Assembly: GCA_046583195.1 (NCBI GenBank)
Contig: JAYGCV010000021.1
Span: 11,660 to 75,659 of the forward strand
Direction of reading: 5' to 3'
DNA length: 64,000 nucleotides
DNA from: Myxococcota bacterium
GTDB taxonomy: Bacteria > Myxococcota_A > UBA9160 > UBA4427
The position numbers and the translations under genes are program-made. Position 1 is the first letter of the stretch, and each line of letters starts with the position of its first letter. Below, piece after piece: positions 9,444-17,252 of this stretch. The notes under the pieces were generated by a model. It made no database searches. It saw nothing but the letters and a program-made list of their open reading frames with translations, and was not told the origin of the DNA.

Positions 9444-10842
9444 AACCCAACGCCTCCAGGCCCCGCCGGTCCTCCTGGCTGAGCGGCCGCGCTTCGACCT
9501 CCGGCTGCGCCGTTCGCAAGGTAAAGGCCGCGAGCTGGCGGCCCAGATCGGCCGCGCGGTCCGGGTGGAGACGACGGACGTTCTCGGCCTCGGAGGGGTC
9601 CGCCCGCAGGTCGTAAAGTTCGCCGTCCAATCCCGAAGCGCGGGCGATGTACTTCCAACCCCCGCGCCGAATCCCGAAGCGCTCGCCCTCGACCCAGGTT
9701 TTTTCGACCATCGTCGGGTCGTAGGGCCTGCGGTGAAGCCAGATGGGACGATCCTGGTCGACGACGCCATTGCCCTCGAGACGATTGGCCAGACTCCGTC
9801 CCGCGCCAAAGCCCCCGGCGGACGTGCCGTCGGCCCCGGCCTCCACCCATTCCAGCAGGCTGGGAGCGACATCGACGAGCGAGACCGGGTCCTGCAGACG
9901 ACGATTCGCAGGAACATGTCCGGGCCAGCGCACGATCAGGGGCACGCGAATCGCTTCGTCGTAGAGATGGACTCCGTGGCCCAGATGCCCGTGCGTCATC
10001 AGTCCCTCGCCGTGGTCCCCGACGACGACCACGATCGTGTCGTCTTTCAGGGCGAGTCGGTCGAGCCGGGCGAGGAGTCGGCCGATCTCCCGGTCGGTGA
10101 AGGCTAGCTCGGCGTCGTAACGCGCGACGATTCCGTCGAGGGGGCTCTCCCCGGTCGGGAAAAAGCGCTCCTTGAATTCCTGGGGCGGCTCATAGGGATC
10201 GTGGGGATCGAAGTAGTGCACGAAGAGCAGGAAGGGCGACTCGATCTCCGCGAAGACGTCGAGCAGCGCGATGGCCCGGCGGGTCGTGTCGTCGGCGCGT
10301 CCGTTGAACTTTCCGGGAACGCTCTCCCCCTCCCACAGACGTCCGTGTCCAATCACATCAGCGCCGGAAAAATCTTCGTCCCAGGTCGCGAAGCCCTGGT
10401 CGAGACCGAAGCGCTTGGAGAGGACATAAGACGAAACGATCCCCCCGGTTTGGTAGCCGCCCTCGCGGAGTCGCTCGGCCAACGTCTCGTGGTGGGGGGC
10501 GAGGACACGTCCATTCTTCACGACCCGGTGCGCCAGCGGATACGCCGAGGTAAAGAGACTGGCGTGGCTCGGCGCCGTGGTGGCCGAGGGCGCGAAGGCC
10601 GACTCGAAGAGTGCGCCCTCGCGAGCCAGCGCTGCGAGTACGGGGGTCGTGTCCCGCTCGTAGCCATAGGCCGAAAAGTGGTCGGCGCGCGCGGTGTCGA
10701 TCGAAATCAGCAGGATGTTCGGCGGACGCGCAGGCGATGGGCTGCACCCCAACAAGAGGGCCGCCGCCCACAGCAGCGCCGGGGCCCTCGTTTGGGCTCG
10801 CCGGGGAAGAGCGGAATGCGGGACGGGGTACGACGGGGCCAC
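9433..10842 (-). CDS. sulfatase-like hydrolase/transferase (alkaline phosphatase superfamily), predicted lipoprotein; tandem paralogue
   Basis: Frame of ORF 9433..11160 with probable GTG start at 10842. The signal peptide ...APALLWAAALLLGCSPS has an LLGC lipobox. Motifs include LLISIDTARADH, ATTAPSHASLFT, VVVGDHGEGL and IRVPLIV. It is roughly half identical by eye to the downstream paralogue. Its stop overlaps the paralogue's ATG by 11 nt (9433-9443). Confidence 0.8.
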   Translation of the reverse strand: MAPSYPVPHSALPRRAQTRAPALLWAAALLLGCSPSPARPPNILLISIDTARADHFSAYGYERDTTPVLAALAREGALFESAFAPSATTAPSHASLFTSAYPLAHRVVKNGRVLAPHHETLAERLREGGYQTGGIVSSYVLSKRFGLDQGFATWDEDFSGADVIGHGRLWEGESVPGKFNGRADDTTRRAIALLDVFAEIESPFLLFVHYFDPHDPYEPPQEFKERFFPTGESPLDGIVARYDAELAFTDREIGRLLARLDRLALKDDTIVVVVGDHGEGLMTHGHLGHGVHLYDEAIRVPLIVRWPGHVPANRRLQDPVSLVDVAPSLLEWVEAGADGTSAGGFGAGRSLANRLEGNGVVDQDRPIWLHRRPYDPTMVEKTWVEGERFGIRRGGWKYIARASGLDGELYDLRADPSEAENVRRLHPDRAADLGRQLAAFTLRTAQPEVEARPLSQEDRRGLEALGYAQ

Positions 10843-10964
10843 GATGTCACCGGACCATACGTCGCGGTCGGCTTGACGGGAACCCCCTCGGGGCGAGGCG
10901 GCGCATCGCTGGCGACAGCGGTCCCGGCCTGCCACCGCGGTTCCTCCTGAAATAGACTGGCCGC

Positions 10965-12587
10965 GTGGCTCACACCGCTCTCTTGCCCGCAAAGCCCCCC
11001 GAGCGTGCCCACGCCGACACGATTTCGAACGCACGGCGCTTTGGCCCCGTGGCACTCCTGGCCCTCGGTCCCTTCGCCTGGTTCTACGCCGAAAATCGCA
11101 GCGAATCGCTCGCCCCCGCGGACCTCTGGCTCTACGCACTGGCCACCGCCGCAATGGCACTCCTTGCCGCCCGGGTACTCGAAGCCTGCACGGGATCGAA
11201 AACCGGGCGCGTCCCCGCTGGCGTCGGCGTCGGCGTGCTCTTCTTCTTCAGCTACGCAGGGATCGAAGCGACGCTTTCGCGCGTCGGCGCAGGCCCCGAC
11301 ACCACCGCTGCCGCCAGCTGGGGGCTGTCGCTCCTCGGGATCTTCGTGGCAGGCCGTCTCGGCTCGAAGCCCGGATTCCAGCGCTTCCTGCTGGTCTTCG
11401 CGGCGGCAAACCTCGCGCTGGCCCTCGTCATGACGGGCGCAGCGGGACTGGACTCCGGGAGCGATGAGCTGTCTTTGAAGGCCCCGAGCGACCAACTCTT
11501 TGCGAACGACGTCTGGTCCGGCGCGGCGCAGCGCCGACCCGACGTCTATTGGATCGTCGTGGACAGCTACCCGAATCGCGAGCAATTGCTCGAAGCCTAC
11601 GGCTTTGACAACAGCGCATTTCTCGATGGCCTTCTCGAGCGGGGCTTCGCCATCGCAGAAGAGAGCTTTGCCAACTACAGCGAAACGCTGCTCTCGGTGC
11701 CTTCGACCCTCGAGATGGAATACATCTTCGACGAGGAAGACCCCGTCTACGAGGAGAAGCGCGGCGGCAACTGGGTGCGGCGCCGCGGGCGCACGCGCTC
11801 TTCGGTCAACGAGGCGGTCGCCGGGGTGAACCGCAGCGTTTCGTTTTTTCGGCAACTCGGTTACCAATATCTCCACTTTGACGGCGGCGGCTTCCAGATC
11901 ACGCGCTGTCAGGGTTTCGAAGATCTCTGCCTCGAGGCGGAGGTTCCCGGACTCTCCGAACTCGAACGCCAACTCGTCGCGATGACGCCCGCCTCGCGCT
12001 GGGCCCACACCTCCAGCGCGGTGCAGCAGTGGCGCAAGCCCGTGTCCCCCAGCGCGTCGGGGACCGGCATCCCGGAACTCAGGGCCCAGCTCGCGTCCAC
12101 GCCACTCCCCGAGCCATTCTTTCTCTATGCCCACATCGCGTCACCGCATCGCCCCTACTGGAATGACGCCGATTGCAACCTGCTTCCCCCGGCGGCCCCT
12201 CGCCGGGGGAATCGCCACTTCGTGGCGCAGCTCCGCTGCGTCAACCGCCACCTCGACGATCTCCTCGATTCGATCGAGGCGCGCGACCCCGAGGCCATCG
12301 TGCTGCTCGCTGCCGACCACGGACCCCGCCTGAGCGTTCGCAAAGGCACCTCCCTCTACGAGCACTCGAGACGGCAGATCCGCGAGAGCCTCGGCATCCT
12401 CCTGGCCCTGCGAGCGCCAGCCGCCTGCCTCGAATCCTTCCCGGCGGACCTCTCGCCAGTCAACAGTCTGCGACTCGTATTTGCCTGCATCGGAGGCGAG
12501 GCACCGCGCCTGCTGCCGAACCGCCATTACCTCGCGCGTCCCGACTCTCCCGAACGAGGCCTCATCCGGCGGGTGCGCGTCGATTGA
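10965..12587 (+). CDS. membrane-anchored sulfatase/LtaS-like (alkaline phosphatase superfamily) protein
   Basis: GTG 10965. About 5 N-terminal TM helices (FGPVALLALGPFAWFYA..., GVGVGVLFFFSYAGI..., FLLVFAAANLALALVMTG). An extracytoplasmic domain follows with YWIVVDSYPN, LLSVPST, FLYAHIASPHRPY and LLAADHGP. This architecture resembles LtaS/EptA-type phospho-transferases. Confidence 0.6.
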   Translation: MAHTALLPAKPPERAHADTISNARRFGPVALLALGPFAWFYAENRSESLAPADLWLYALATAAMALLAARVLEACTGSKTGRVPAGVGVGVLFFFSYAGIEATLSRVGAGPDTTAAASWGLSLLGIFVAGRLGSKPGFQRFLLVFAAANLALALVMTGAAGLDSGSDELSLKAPSDQLFANDVWSGAAQRRPDVYWIVVDSYPNREQLLEAYGFDNSAFLDGLLERGFAIAEESFANYSETLLSVPSTLEMEYIFDEEDPVYEEKRGGNWVRRRGRTRSSVNEAVAGVNRSVSFFRQLGYQYLHFDGGGFQITRCQGFEDLCLEAEVPGLSELERQLVAMTPASRWAHTSSAVQQWRKPVSPSASGTGIPELRAQLASTPLPEPFFLYAHIASPHRPYWNDADCNLLPPAAPRRGNRHFVAQLRCVNRHLDDLLDSIEARDPEAIVLLAADHGPRLSVRKGTSLYEHSRRQIRESLGILLALRAPAACLESFPADLSPVNSLRLVFACIGGEAPRLLPNRHYLARPDSPERGLIRRVRVD

Positions 12588-12672
12588 CTCCCCACGATCA
12601 GCGCGGCTCCAGGCGGCAGAAACGCTACCCTTCCGCTTCTTGCCGGTGCAGGAGTGCCGACCGAGCGCGGTG

Positions 12673-14310
12673 ATGTCCAGCAACGCACAGCGCCCCCCGA
12701 TTCTCATCGGCCTGGTCCTACCCCTGGCCGTCGGTGCGCTCGTCCGTTGCGTCGGAATTCGAGGGCAGGTTCTCACCGACGACGAACTCCACACGGTCCA
12801 CGCGGCGCTCTCGATGCCGCTCTCGCAGATCTTCCGGACGTGGACCTTTGGCGGTGCCGACTACAGCGTCCCGCTCACCGCCCTGCATCGCGCCCTGATG
12901 GACTTCGGCATGGTGTTCACGGAACTCGGCTTTCGCTGGCCGCCACTCCTGGCCGGACTGCTCGCGGTGGTACTGCTGCCTCGATTCGCCCGGCACCGGA
13001 TCGGCTCCCGGGCCGCGCTGGCGCTCGCCTGGCTGATCGCATGCTCGCCAATGCTCGTTGCCTACAGTCGAATCATTCGCCCCTACATGGTGACGGGCCT
13101 GTGCGTCGGCGTGGCGGCGCTGCTCTTTGACCGCTTCCGGCAGGGGCGCTCGCGCTGGGACGCGGCCGGCTTCGTGCTTGCGTCGGTGCTCGCGATCTAC
13201 AGCCATCTCGGAGCCGCCCCCGCCATCGCCGGGATGCTGCTCTTTGGCGCGGCGCACGCGCGCCAGAAGGCCCGGGACGAACTCGCGATCGCCGGGCTGG
13301 CCGCCATCACCTTCCTACTCGCGGCCCTGCTCGTGGCCCCGGGCCTCGACTCGATCATCGAAGTCGTCCGCACGACGCGAGACGGCCACTGGCCCTCGGG
13401 GTCCGTGTGGTCCGATACCGGGCGCCTGCTCGTGGGGACACCCTCCGTCGGCGTTTCGCTCCTCGCTGGGGCGATCTGGCTTCGGGGCCTGGTGTGGCTG
13501 ATCCGAGACCAACGGGATTTCGCCGGTTTGCTCGTGTCGACCCTCGCGGCCCAGGCGATCGGCTTGTTGCTGCTGTCGCCGGATCGGCTGGAAGAACGCC
13601 TGGTGCTCACGCGCTACCTCGTGGTCGTTCTGCCGCTGGCCCTCGTTCCGCTCGCGGTGGGGACGATGCATCCCTGGTGGCCAGGGGCACCGACGTGGGG
13701 TCGCCGGGGCGAAGCGTGCGTGGCCGCCGGGCTACTGGTCCTCCTGGTTGCGAGCGGACCCCTGCGCCTTGACCCGAAGGCCATGGGATCCTTCGCCCAC
13801 GCGCCTGCATCCCTCGATTTCGTGGGCATTGGAAATCGCATCGCGAAATCACAGCTACCCGATTTCTACCGCGAGCTCGCGCGCTCACCAGAGCCCGCGC
13901 CGCTGATCGAGTACCCGTGGCAGAACCTCTCCTACCACGTCTTTGACGCGTATCAGCGCCACCACCACCAGCCGCTGCAGATCGCGAGTGTCCTCGACCG
14001 GAGCGATGAATTGCGGATTGCCCTCCGCAGCCGCGTCGAGCCCCAGCCCGAGGCGATGCTTCGCAGCCGCGCCCGCCACATCGTGGTGCACCTCGATCTG
14101 CGCGGCGAAGCACTGCGGATCGAGAGCAGCGACCCGAGCTTCGAAAAATGGCTGCGCGCCCGACGAAATCTGTGGACCCCGTTGCAGAGAGCCGGCACCG
14201 GCATGGCTCGGCGTCTCGAGGGCGAATGGGGCGAACCCGATTACCGCGACGAACACATCGCTGCCTGGGACCTGGAGCGGATTCGCGCCACTTCGGGGGG
14301 CATGCCGTGA
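12673..14310 (+). CDS. polytopic membrane protein, GT-C-like glycosyltransferase candidate
   Basis: Frame of ORF 12481..14310 with ATG 12673 (GTG 12670 adjacent). TM1 is followed by GQVLTDDELHTVHAA, an acidic loop-1 motif. At least 9 further hydrophobic segments follow. The soluble C-terminal ~170 aa includes EYPWQNLSYHVFDAYQRHHHQPL. Confidence 0.55.
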   Translation: MSSNAQRPPILIGLVLPLAVGALVRCVGIRGQVLTDDELHTVHAALSMPLSQIFRTWTFGGADYSVPLTALHRALMDFGMVFTELGFRWPPLLAGLLAVVLLPRFARHRIGSRAALALAWLIACSPMLVAYSRIIRPYMVTGLCVGVAALLFDRFRQGRSRWDAAGFVLASVLAIYSHLGAAPAIAGMLLFGAAHARQKARDELAIAGLAAITFLLAALLVAPGLDSIIEVVRTTRDGHWPSGSVWSDTGRLLVGTPSVGVSLLAGAIWLRGLVWLIRDQRDFAGLLVSTLAAQAIGLLLLSPDRLEERLVLTRYLVVVLPLALVPLAVGTMHPWWPGAPTWGRRGEACVAAGLLVLLVASGPLRLDPKAMGSFAHAPASLDFVGIGNRIAKSQLPDFYRELARSPEPAPLIEYPWQNLSYHVFDAYQRHHHQPLQIASVLDRSDELRIALRSRVEPQPEAMLRSRARHIVVHLDLRGEALRIESSDPSFEKWLRARRNLWTPLQRAGTGMARRLEGEWGEPDYRDEHIAAWDLERIRATSGGMP

Positions 14311-15815
14311 CGCGCGACCTCCTCGCGAAAAAAACAGAGACCCGGCTGACAGGCTGGGTCGCAATCGCCGCCTTCTGGTTCTTCGGCGTCTTTAGCCACG
14401 GCCACTTCATGGGTTCGGATGAAGTCGCGGTCTTCGAAATGACGCGATCCCTCGCCGAAGAGGGGAACCTGAGCGTCCCGGAGATGCAGCACACCGCGAT
14501 CGGAATCGACGGTCGACGCCACAGTTTCTTCAGTCCCGGGCAATCGGTCCTGGCACTTCCCTTCTACCACGCCGGCCGCCTCGCCGAGCGCTGGCTGCCG
14601 CTGGATGCTCAGCGCGTATTGCGCGGCCCGCCCAGCGGCTACGGCAACTACACCTTCGGAGGCGATCTCTCCATTGCCTTCGCCAGCCTCTTTTCGACGC
14701 TGGCCGGCGGCATCCTGATGGCGGTGTTCTTTCGCTTCGAACGGCGCCTCGGGGCCTCGCGCCAGAGCGCCCTCAAAGCGACCGCGCTGGTCGCCTCTTC
14801 GACCTACGTGCTGATGCTCTCGACCTACTTCCTGCGGCACGTCGCCGAGGCAGCTTGCCTGCTCGGCGCGATCCTCTTCGTGTTTCGGTACGCCCACGGC
14901 AGCGGCCCGCGCGATCTTCTGGCGGCTTCGGCGCTGGCCTCGGCGGCCTTCCTGCTCCGGGTCCCGGCAGGCTTCGCGGCCCCGGTCCTCGCCGGCTACA
15001 TCGGCTGGGCCATCTGGCTGCGGAGCGATGGGCTGCGCCGCCATCGAGACGCCGCTCGCGCCGTACTCTGCGTGCTGCTGCCGCTGGCGCTGGCGCTGGC
15101 TGCCTTTGGCTTCGTGAACCAACTGCGCTGGGGAAACCCCTTCGGCTCCCCGATGGTCGACCAGTGGTCGCGACTCGGAAACCCGATCCAGATTGGGCTG
15201 CGCGGCTTCCTCCTGAGTCCCGGCGCGAGCCTCTTCGTCTACTCGCCGCTGCTCCTGCTCTTGCCGTTCACCTTTCCGGTCTTGTGGCGGAGTTGGCGCG
15301 CGGAGGCCATCGCCTTTGGGGCACTCTGTCTCTCGCTCTTGCTCATCTACTCGAAATTCGACGGCTGGGAGGGACTCTGGTCGGCGCCCGGGCCGCGCTA
15401 CCTCTTCTTCGCCACGCCCCTGCTCCTGCTGTCTCTGGGACCGTGGCTCGACCGGCCCAGTTCGAAGTTGCGAAGCGGCACACTCGTCGTGCTTGCAGCG
15501 CTTGGCTTCTTCGTGCAACTCGTTTCGACCGTGGTGCATTGGGGATCGGTTCCCGCGCTGGCGAACTACGAAGGTTTTGAAACCGGCTGGGAATTCCTCT
15601 TCGTGGTGGACCGCGCACCGGTGGTGGAAATGGCTCGTCTCTTCTTTTCCGGGGGGCCCTACGACCCCTGGTTGATCCGCCTGGGAGAGGGCTGGCTCGG
15701 GGTGAATGGACGCCCGGGCCTGGCCTTGGCGCTCTTCGCAGCGTGGGCCGCCGGTCTCGGGGCGTTGGTGGTGGCGATCCGTCGAGAATGCCAACGCCTG
15801 GACTCGGTGGACTGA
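14307..15815 (+). CDS. polytopic membrane protein, GT-C (GT39/PMT_2-like) glycosyltransferase candidate
   Basis: Frame of ORF 14148..15815. GTG 14307 overlaps the upstream TGA (GTGA, 14307-14310). WVAIAAFWFFGVFSHGHFMGSDEVAVFEMTRSL is TM1 plus an S-D-E loop motif as in ArnT/PMT-like enzymes. The remainder is multi-TM. Confidence 0.6.
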   Translation: MTRDLLAKKTETRLTGWVAIAAFWFFGVFSHGHFMGSDEVAVFEMTRSLAEEGNLSVPEMQHTAIGIDGRRHSFFSPGQSVLALPFYHAGRLAERWLPLDAQRVLRGPPSGYGNYTFGGDLSIAFASLFSTLAGGILMAVFFRFERRLGASRQSALKATALVASSTYVLMLSTYFLRHVAEAACLLGAILFVFRYAHGSGPRDLLAASALASAAFLLRVPAGFAAPVLAGYIGWAIWLRSDGLRRHRDAARAVLCVLLPLALALAAFGFVNQLRWGNPFGSPMVDQWSRLGNPIQIGLRGFLLSPGASLFVYSPLLLLLPFTFPVLWRSWRAEAIAFGALCLSLLLIYSKFDGWEGLWSAPGPRYLFFATPLLLLSLGPWLDRPSSKLRSGTLVVLAALGFFVQLVSTVVHWGSVPALANYEGFETGWEFLFVVDRAPVVEMARLFFSGGPYDPWLIRLGEGWLGVNGRPGLALALFAAWAAGLGALVVAIRRECQRLDSVD

Positions 15816-15818
15816 GCC

Positions 15819-17252
15819 GTGGCGCTGCGAAGGATCGCGCTGGGCATCGTCGCTTTGGTGGCGGCACTTTCGATCGCCTACGCCGTGGCGCTGCGCGTTC
15901 CGAGTCCGGTCTCGCTGAACTACGTCGAGGGCTTCGCGCAGATCGACGCGCAGCGCGTTGCGGCGGGAAGCGCCCTCTACCGGAACCCGGCCTCCCCGCC
16001 GTGGACGTTGCACGTCTACACGCCCCTCTACACTTTTGCGGTCGCCGCGATCACCAGCGACTTCGGGAGTTATGCACCGGGTAGACTCCTTTCTCTTGGC
16101 GCGCTGCTCGCCACCGCGCTGCTCATGGGTGCCAGTGGAGCGCGGAGAGCGGGCTGGGTCGCCTGGATCATCGCGGGCCTCTACCTGTCACAGCCGCTGC
16201 TCACCCAATGGGGCGCAGTGGTGCGTCCAGACAACCTCGCGGTCTTCTTCTCCGCCGTCGGCGTCGTCTGCGTCGAACGCCTTTCGGGGCTGCGCGGTCT
16301 ATTGCTGGCGGCCGTCTTCTTCCTGCTGGCGCTGGCCACAAAGCAGAGCGTCGGTCTGGGGCTGTTGGCGGCGATCCTCTTCCTCCTCTTGCAGGCACCC
16401 AGGCGCGCCCTGGTCCTCGTCGCCCTGGTGGCAGTGGGCGCCCTCTCAACGACCCTTGCACTCGAAGCGCTCTCTGGGAACTGGTTCATCTTCCATACCT
16501 GGACCGCGAACCTCGCCCCCTTCTCGCTGGAAAAGAGCCTGCACCTCGGCGGGATCTTTCTCCGCGAACACGTTCCCCTCGTTGCGGCCGCCTTCGCGGT
16601 GCTGATCGCCTGCGGATTGCAGCGCCGCCTCTCGATCCACGCCCTCTGGTTCGCTGGGGCAGCGGTCTCGACGGTCGCCTCGGGACGGATTGGGGCCGAC
16701 ACCAATTATTTCCTCGAGAGCCTGGCGGCGGCGGGTTTCCTGCTGGCGAACGAGTGGCCGGTCCTCCGGGAGCGTTTTCGCGCGCGGGCCCCGGGCTGGC
16801 TCGAAACGGCGCTGCTCACCGTCGCCATCGCGATGGCGCTGTTCCAGGCAAGGACCCTGCACGCGAATTACGCCTGGATCGAGGGCGCCGAAACGCGCTT
16901 TCTCGAGGCCCGGGATCGGATGCGGGAGAAACCGGGAGCCATTCTCTCCGACGACGCTGGACTGCTCGTGTCTCTCGATCGACCGCTCGTCTATCGACCG
17001 TTCGCAATGACCCAACTCGTCTACGCCGGCGACTTCGATCCCACGCAACTCGTGCAGATGCTCGAGTCGGGCGAGTTCGCCTTCGTCGTCTTCGAAGCGG
17101 TCCCAGGCCGGGGGCCATCGCCCGCACGCTACACTGCGGAAATGCGCGCAGCGCTCGCACGGAACTACCGAAGCGAAGGTCGCTATCGCACCTTTTCCAA
17201 CTTCGAGGTCTACGCTCCGCGCAGGCCCGGGAGCCTGGATCCGGCCCTGTGA
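15819..17252 (+). CDS. polytopic membrane protein, GT-C-like (family unassigned)
   Basis: GTG 15819, 3 nt after the upstream stop. About 10-11 hydrophobic segments, then a soluble C-terminal ~120 aa (LSDDAGLLVSLDRPLVYRPFAMTQLVYAGDFDPTQLV...). No family motif recognised with confidence. Assignment rests on architecture and context. Confidence 0.5.
   Translation: MALRRIALGIVALVAALSIAYAVALRVPSPVSLNYVEGFAQIDAQRVAAGSALYRNPASPPWTLHVYTPLYTFAVAAITSDFGSYAPGRLLSLGALLATALLMGASGARRAGWVAWIIAGLYLSQPLLTQWGAVVRPDNLAVFFSAVGVVCVERLSGLRGLLLAAVFFLLALATKQSVGLGLLAAILFLLLQAPRRALVLVALVAVGALSTTLALEALSGNWFIFHTWTANLAPFSLEKSLHLGGIFLREHVPLVAAAFAVLIACGLQRRLSIHALWFAGAAVSTVASGRIGADTNYFLESLAAAGFLLANEWPVLRERFRARAPGWLETALLTVAIAMALFQARTLHANYAWIEGAETRFLEARDRMREKPGAILSDDAGLLVSLDRPLVYRPFAMTQLVYAGDFDPTQLVQMLESGEFAFVVFEAVPGRGPSPARYTAEMRAALARNYRSEGRYRTFSNFEVYAPRRPGSLDPAL

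Noticed and set aside
5074-16013. Several long minus-strand ORFs antisense to the GT-C genes (5074..6384, 6469..8238, 10707..12134, 14241..16013, 17210..18604)
   Set aside because: All are Arg/Glu/Gly/Pro/Gln-rich and lack TM segments or motifs. The plus-strand frames encode coherent multi-TM proteins with GC3-rich codon usage.
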